From NCBI GenBank assembly GCA_963678065.2, contig CAXXVZ010000004.1, forward strand, positions 128,001-192,000: a stretch of 64,000 nt of DNA, read 5' to 3'. The position numbers and the translations under genes are program-made. Each line of letters begins with the position of its first letter. Position 1 is the first letter of the stretch. The notes beneath the pieces are model-generated. The model made no database searches, was not told the origin of the DNA, and saw only the letters and a program-made list of their open reading frames with translations. Shown here piece after piece: positions 59,279 to 64,000 of the stretch. This DNA comes from Treponemataceae bacterium (lineage in GTDB: Bacteria > Spirochaetota > Spirochaetia > Treponematales > Rectinemataceae).

Positions 59279-59699
59279 AATGCCCTCTGCGCCGTTCTTT
59301 CTTCTTTTCCTGCCTCGCCTCGAAGGCCAGCGCGGCAGTACTCCTCTTGTGAAATGCTCGCTCTGACTGTCGTTTAGCCATTTCCCGCTCAAAAGCCTGT
59401 TTGTAGGCGGCGTCCGCCCTCGAAGTGGAACCGAGGGTGGCCTGCAGCTTCTTCGCTTCGCGCAGCGAGCGCTTGAACCCCATTCCACGCGGAGAGCTTC
59501 CCGCGGTCAGTTCCGTCTTCAGGACTTCGAGATGAGCGAGTTCGTCGAGACAGAAGCTGAGAAGCTGCGGGTTGGTCGGTTCGGCGCCGAAAGTATGGCG
59601 ACCGACATACAGTACTCCATCGCGGCACGTTTCGAGAATTCCGACCCAGAACGGATCGTCAAAGCAAACGGTCAATGTTGCATAATCCGGAGAATCCAT
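59277..59699 (-). CDS. yjdF: YjdF (DUF2992) family protein
   Basis: LTVCFDDPFWVG, TFGAEP, basic C-terminus KKKERRRGH. Confidence 0.88.
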   Translation of the reverse strand: MDSPDYATLTVCFDDPFWVGILETCRDGVLYVGRHTFGAEPTNPQLLSFCLDELAHLEVLKTELTAGSSPRGMGFKRSLREAKKLQATLGSTSRADAAYKQAFEREMAKRQSERAFHKRSTAALAFEARQEKKKERRRGH

Positions 59700-59729
59700 T
59701 TCCTTGACCCCTAAATACAATGATTTAAG

Positions 59730-59818
59730 GGTAAAGAACGGACATCCTGACAGGATGGTTACTGATATGGTCGCCCATACGCCCCGACTACCTACGGGGC
59801 CGTGTTTCTTCCTTTACC
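59730..59818 (-). ncRNA. yjdF (azaaromatic) riboswitch
   Basis: Minus strand GGTAAAGGAAGAAACACGGCCCCGTAGGTAGTCGGGGCGTATGGGCGACCATATCAGTAACCATCCTGTCAGGATGTCCGTTCTTTACC. It carries the conserved AAACAC, GGUAGUC, UCAGUAACC and GGAUGUCC blocks and a P1 stem, directly upstream of yjdF. Confidence 0.9.
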
Positions 59819-59846
59819 TGGTTAGAGAAACTGTCTTCAAGATCGA

Positions 59847-59875
59847 GGAATACCATTGCGCACAGCAAAGGTCAA
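59847..59875 (-). promoter_or_regulatory. Promoter for the yjdF riboswitch leader
   Basis: TTGACC-17 nt-TATTCC with extended TG. Confidence 0.5.
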
Positions 59876-59942
59876 GATACCCGCCGCGCCGTACCCGCGG
59901 AGTCTGACCCCGTGTCGGACAGCATCAGCGCGATCCGCTTGC

Positions 59943-59997
59943 CTCCGTCTGGCCGCCCCTGCACAACTGGCTTCTGGCGCAGGGCGGGCAGACGGAG
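59943..59997. other. Long imperfect hairpin downstream of the thiolase gene
   Basis: CTCCGTCTGGCCGCCCCTGCAC...GCGCAGGGCGGGCAGACGGAG. Confidence 0.5.
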
Positions 59998-60020
59998 AAT
60001 GACCGCGTAGAGCGCCAGGT

Positions 60021-61283
60021 TCAGGAGACGCGGCGCAGGACGGTGACGCAGTTCGTGACGGAGCTGCCGCCGACATTGAAGGAGACGCCGACCTCGGGCT
60101 GGCTCTTGGCGGGCACGGCGCCGATGGGCCTCCCGACAAGCTGCCTGTGCAGGAGGGCGTGCATCGACACGCCGGTCGCGCCGACGGGGTGGCCCTTGGC
60201 CTTGAGGCCGCCGGAGAGATTGATGGCGCACTGCGGATCATCGCGGCCGAAGCGCCCGGCCATGTAGTCGTAGCCCGCGCGGCCGTCGGCCGAAAGCCCG
60301 AGCGCCTCGGTACACAGAAGCTGGTTGATCGTGAAGCAGTCGTGCACCTCGGCGATGTCGACATCTCCTATGCCGATTCCGGCCTCAAAGAAGGCGCGGC
60401 GCACGGCCTCCTTGCCCGCCATGAGCTCGTACATGTTGGGCCTGACCGACAGTGCGAGGCGCTCGTTGACGTGGCCGAAGCCGGCGATCTCGACGACGGG
60501 ACCGCCTCGCCTGCGAGCCTCTTCGGCGCTCATGACGACGAGGGCCGCCGCCCCGTCCGTGACGAGAGAGCAGTCGTGGAGGCGCAGGGGCTCGGCTATC
60601 ATCGGGTTCTTTTCCGGCGGCAGGCCGAGGATGGCCTGCGCCGTCACGAGACCGAGCTTGTCGGAGGGCCCGCCCTTCCCGAAATGGGCGAGCGGGTTGT
60701 CGAGGCCGTTGCGGTATCCCAGCGCCGAAACGTGGGCGAGCATGCGCGCGAGGGTCTCCGGGTCGAGGTTGTAGCGGGCGGCGTAGCCCTTCGCGTACTC
60801 GGAGAAGAGGCAGGGGAAGCTCACCGCTTTTGCACCCTCTTCCGGCCAATAGGAACAGGTGGCGAGGGCGTGGGTGACGCCCTTCGTGTCGAGGAGGTTC
60901 ATCTTCTCGACGCCTATGACGAGGGCGACCCTCGCCCTGCCCGACTCGACGGCGTAGATGGCGTTGTAGAGGGCGACGGAGCCGGAGGCGCAGGCGTCTT
61001 CGCAGCGTGTCATCGACTTGAAGCGGAGTCCCTCCGGGTCGACTTCCGTGGCGAACGCGGCGAGGTGCTCCTGGTTGGCGAAGAGGCCGGGCGCGCAGCT
61101 TCCCACCCAGACTCCGTCCACCTCCGCGCCGGTGAGGCCTGAGTCCGCGAGGGCGCCGCGGCCGGCCTCGACGAGGAGGTCGTAGATGGAGGCGAGATCG
61201 GTGACTTCGCCTGTCTCTTTGTTCTTTTTTACCAGGCTGCCGAATTTCGTGTTGTAGCTGCCGACGATCGATGTCTTGCCCAT
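60021..61283 (-). CDS. SCP-x-type thiolase
   Basis: EDACASG (Cys), GVEKM, DCSLVTDGAAA, EVHDCFT, NLSGGLKAKGHPVGATG. Confidence 0.9.
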   Translation of the reverse strand: MGKTSIVGSYNTKFGSLVKKNKETGEVTDLASIYDLLVEAGRGALADSGLTGAEVDGVWVGSCAPGLFANQEHLAAFATEVDPEGLRFKSMTRCEDACASGSVALYNAIYAVESGRARVALVIGVEKMNLLDTKGVTHALATCSYWPEEGAKAVSFPCLFSEYAKGYAARYNLDPETLARMLAHVSALGYRNGLDNPLAHFGKGGPSDKLGLVTAQAILGLPPEKNPMIAEPLRLHDCSLVTDGAAALVVMSAEEARRRGGPVVEIAGFGHVNERLALSVRPNMYELMAGKEAVRRAFFEAGIGIGDVDIAEVHDCFTINQLLCTEALGLSADGRAGYDYMAGRFGRDDPQCAINLSGGLKAKGHPVGATGVSMHALLHRQLVGRPIGAVPAKSQPEVGVSFNVGGSSVTNCVTVLRRVS

Positions 61284-61345
61284 GAGAAACTCCTTTTCAC
61301 AGGGTTTTGAGAAAGTCGAATGTGTTTTCAGTCTTCCTGTGTATT

Positions 61346-62131
61346 TCAGTGCCGCGCGGCGAAGCCTGCGACCAGTTTGACAAAGTACTCCGGATCCTCG
61401 GCCATGAGGGAGTGGCCGACATGCCCGACAATTTCGGGCTCTGCGTTGGGGAAAGCCTCCACGGTCTCGCGCATCATCGCTTCGGTCACGACGATATCCT
61501 TCCGCCCCCAGACCACGAGGACGGGCGCGGTGTAGCCGGAGCATTTCCCCCTGTAGTCGAAGCGCGTCAGCGCCCTCGCGTTTCCCGCGAAGGAGGCAGT
61601 ATTCATGAGGAGGGCCTCGTCGACAGCCTTTTCAAGGAAATCCGGATCGGTCAGTGTCGGGACGACGGAGCCGAGGGCGGCTTTCAGCACGGCGCGCGTC
61701 GTGCGCATCATCTCGATGAGGGGATACCGGTCCTCGGGTGTCTGCAGCCCCGAAGGGGCGGCCGAATCGACGAGAATCATAGCCCTGGAGAGTTCGGGCC
61801 GACGCGATGCTAAGGATATCGCGACGCCACCGCCGAGAGAATGCGCGACGACGAGGGGTTTATCCAGTCCGAGTTTCTCAATGAAGCCCGCGACGTAGTC
61901 CGCATACAGATCCAGATCGGAGGTGTCGGGCGCCGCGGCTTCGTCGATTCTGCCCGAACGCCCGAAATTGGGCATGTCGAGGGCTATCGTCCTGAAGCCC
62001 GGGATGTCCATGACCTTGGAGTACCAGTAGCTCGAGCCAGTGTTGCCGTGGATGTAGAGGATGGCGGGTCCCGATCCCGATTCGACATAGTAGATCGGAA
62101 CATTCAGCACGGTGACGAAAGCGCCTATCAT
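61346..62131 (-). CDS. Alpha/beta hydrolase
   Basis: HGN, DMPNFGRS, AHSLGG, GRKD, GHS; AGGAGG RBS. Confidence 0.88.
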   Translation of the reverse strand: MIGAFVTVLNVPIYYVESGSGPAILYIHGNTGSSYWYSKVMDIPGFRTIALDMPNFGRSGRIDEAAAPDTSDLDLYADYVAGFIEKLGLDKPLVVAHSLGGGVAISLASRRPELSRAMILVDSAAPSGLQTPEDRYPLIEMMRTTRAVLKAALGSVVPTLTDPDFLEKAVDEALLMNTASFAGNARALTRFDYRGKCSGYTAPVLVVWGRKDIVVTEAMMRETVEAFPNAEPEIVGHVGHSLMAEDPEYFVKLVAGFAARH

Positions 62132-62197
62132 GAATAGACCTCCTGTCATGTCGGGGATGCCCTTTCGCGGACACCCCGACGGGCCGATTCGGCCAAT

Positions 62198-63118
62198 TTA
62201 ACAGCCCTGCAGCGAGCTGCGAGGCATGAAACCCGCCTGCGAGTCGATGAAGTCCCGCGCCGCGCGGCCCACCGCTTCGGGATCCTCGATGACGGCGGCG
62301 TGTCCCGCGCCGGGGATGACGGCGAGTCGGGCGCCCGGAATGCCGGCGGCTATTGTACGGGCGAAACCGCTGTGCTTCAGGATATCATTCTCCCCGACCA
62401 TGACAAGGGTGGGACAGGCAATATTTCCGAGGCGGCGCGTCAGGTCGATGTCGAGGAAGGCGTCGCAGAGCGAGACGAAGGCCGTGAAATAATCGCGAGG
62501 CAGGCAGGCCACGGCCGCCTCGCGCTTCGCGAGGAGTTCGCGGCTGCGGCCGATGTACGCGGCGGAATAATTCCAGGGTACGATGGCCCGGTAGAATGTG
62601 ACGGGGTCGGCGAGGGCCGCCCGCTTCCAGGATTCCACCGTGGCCGAAAGCAAAGGATCCAGCTCGCTCACCCCGTCGACGAGAACGAGGGAAGCGCAGC
62701 GTTCCGGGTAGTTCAGGGCGAAAACCATGGCCACCTCGGCGCCGTATGAGGTGCCGACGAGGTGGGCCCGGGCGATTCCTCGCAGGTCCATGAGGGCCGC
62801 AAGGTCGTCGGCGTGCATTTCGAGGCTGTAGGGCCCGTCGGGTCGGTCGCTCAGCATCTGCCCTCGCATGTCGTGGCAGAGGCAGCGGTAGCTGTCCGCG
62901 AAAAACGGCAGCAAGGGCTTCCAGTGCGCGATCGTCATCGCGATCCCGTTCAGGAAGGCGACAGTCGGCCCGGGACGAATCCGCGTCTCTTCCGAAGGCG
63001 CGGCCGGGGCCTCAGCCGAGACCGCGGCCGATATCCTGGCTGCGGCCCCTATTTCGGACGGCAGGGTTTCGGAGTCCTCGAAGGCCAGTCCGACGCCGTC
63101 GACCTTGATCCTGTCCAT
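62198..63118 (-). CDS. Alpha/beta hydrolase (enol-lactonase PcaD-like)
   Basis: DMRGQ, GTSYG, GEND, GAGH. Confidence 0.85.
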   Translation of the reverse strand: MDRIKVDGVGLAFEDSETLPSEIGAAARISAAVSAEAPAAPSEETRIRPGPTVAFLNGIAMTIAHWKPLLPFFADSYRCLCHDMRGQMLSDRPDGPYSLEMHADDLAALMDLRGIARAHLVGTSYGAEVAMVFALNYPERCASLVLVDGVSELDPLLSATVESWKRAALADPVTFYRAIVPWNYSAAYIGRSRELLAKREAAVACLPRDYFTAFVSLCDAFLDIDLTRRLGNIACPTLVMVGENDILKHSGFARTIAAGIPGARLAVIPGAGHAAVIEDPEAVGRAARDFIDSQAGFMPRSSLQGC

Positions 63119-63120
63119 GC

Positions 63121-63843
63121 TCAGATCCCCAGGTAGGACGTGAGGACGTGGGGATTGGTCTTGAGGCCCTGGGCGGAGTCCTCGATGGCGATGACTCCGT
63201 TCTCGAGCACATAGCCCCTGTCGATCGCCCTGAGGCTCTCGCGCACGTTCTGTTCGGTGACGAGAATGGAGACTGTTTTCTTGAGTTCCTTCAGGACTTC
63301 GAAAACTTCAGCCACGAGCGAAGGCTGAAGCCCGAGCGAGGGTTCGTCGAGAATGAGAAGCCGCGGATTGGACATGAGGGCCCGGCCGATGGCGACCATG
63401 CGCTGCTGCCCCCCTGACATGGTGCCGGCGTATTGTTTGTAGCGCTCCTTCAGTATCGGGAAGAGGCTGAACACCTTTTCGAGCTGGCTGTCCGCGATGT
63501 CCTTCGCGTGAGGGATGAAGGCCGCCCCGAGGGCGAGATTGTCGGCCACCGACATGCCGGGGAAGAGCTCCCGCTCCTGGGGAACGAGGGCGATTCCCGC
63601 ACGGGCCATCGCGAAAGTCTCGGTGCCGAGGATGTCCTTTCCGTCGAATTTGACCGAGCCCGACCAGGCCTTTCCGATTCCCATGACGGCGTTGATGAGG
63701 GTTGTCTTGCCGGCGCCATTCGGACCGAAGAGCCCTACGGACTCGGGCGCCCCCGTTCCTTCCTCGCCGACGTGGAGGGACACGCCCATGAGCACTTTCA
63801 GTTTTCCGTAGCCGCATTCGAGATTTCTGATGTCGAGCATCAT
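63121..63843 (-). CDS. Branched-chain amino acid-type ABC ATPase (LivF-like)
   Basis: GPNGAGKTT, SGGQQRM, LDEPSLGL, YVLENG. Confidence 0.9.
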   Translation of the reverse strand: MMLDIRNLECGYGKLKVLMGVSLHVGEEGTGAPESVGLFGPNGAGKTTLINAVMGIGKAWSGSVKFDGKDILGTETFAMARAGIALVPQERELFPGMSVADNLALGAAFIPHAKDIADSQLEKVFSLFPILKERYKQYAGTMSGGQQRMVAIGRALMSNPRLLILDEPSLGLQPSLVAEVFEVLKELKKTVSILVTEQNVRESLRAIDRGYVLENGVIAIEDSAQGLKTNPHVLTSYLGI

Positions 63844-64000
63844 GCCGCACCTCCGAGATAGGCCTCGATGACGCGCGGGTTTTTGGAAACCGTCTCGTAG
63901 GGCCCCTCCGCTATAAGTTCGCCCGCCTCGAGCACGATGACTCTGTCGGTCAGCTCGCGAATGACGCCCATGACGTGCTCTACGACGCCCACGGCGATTT
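63840..64000 (-). CDS. LivG-like ABC ATPase, C-terminal part (5' end outside window)
   Basis: Translated by hand: ...VVEHVMGVIRELTDRVIVLEAGELIAEG...PRVIEAYLGGAA*. The stop overlaps the next start. Confidence 0.85.
   Translation of the reverse strand, partial: IAVGVVEHVMGVIRELTDRVIVLEAGELIAEGPYETVSKNPRVIEAYLGGAA

Overview
This is a GC-rich bacterial chromosomal segment, most consistent with an anaerobic spirochaete. The evidence is a Treponema-type integrase remnant, a BMP-family binding protein and LruC lipoproteins, so the taxonomy is an inference. From left to right the window holds: a partial sugar-binding protein; lysA and a C26 gamma-glutamyl hydrolase; two tandem LruC/DUF4842 lipoproteins; a cell-wall-peptide catabolism block (S66 LD-carboxypeptidase, M55 D-aminopeptidase, M20 amidohydrolase, two racemases); an ABC/sulfoquinovosidase operon with a translationally coupled, active-site-altered NagA; tRNA-Leu(UAA) with unusual leader repeats, followed by a decayed integrase and probable island cargo (YheO regulator, amidohydrolase, ABC, RidA, SelA/DgaE-like enzyme, then SorC, Ugp-like ABC, GDPD and a GpsA-like enzyme); two orphan histidine kinases; patatin; an HI0933 flavoprotein; ABC-F; a nucleoside ABC transporter with deoC; a Mesh1-like HD protein; valS; TetR; CapA; an FAH hydrolase; a GGR-like oxidoreductase; a GlpA-like/SdhB-like pair; a duplicated palindromic element; a yjdF riboswitch with yjdF; and a Liv-type ABC/hydrolase/thiolase operon. 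The best candidates for undescribed biology are the SQase plus variant-NagA operon, a possible complete murein-peptide scavenging pathway, the GlpA/SdhB-like pair, and the tRNA acceptor-stem mimic repeats. All calls come from reading motifs by eye; no database searches were run.
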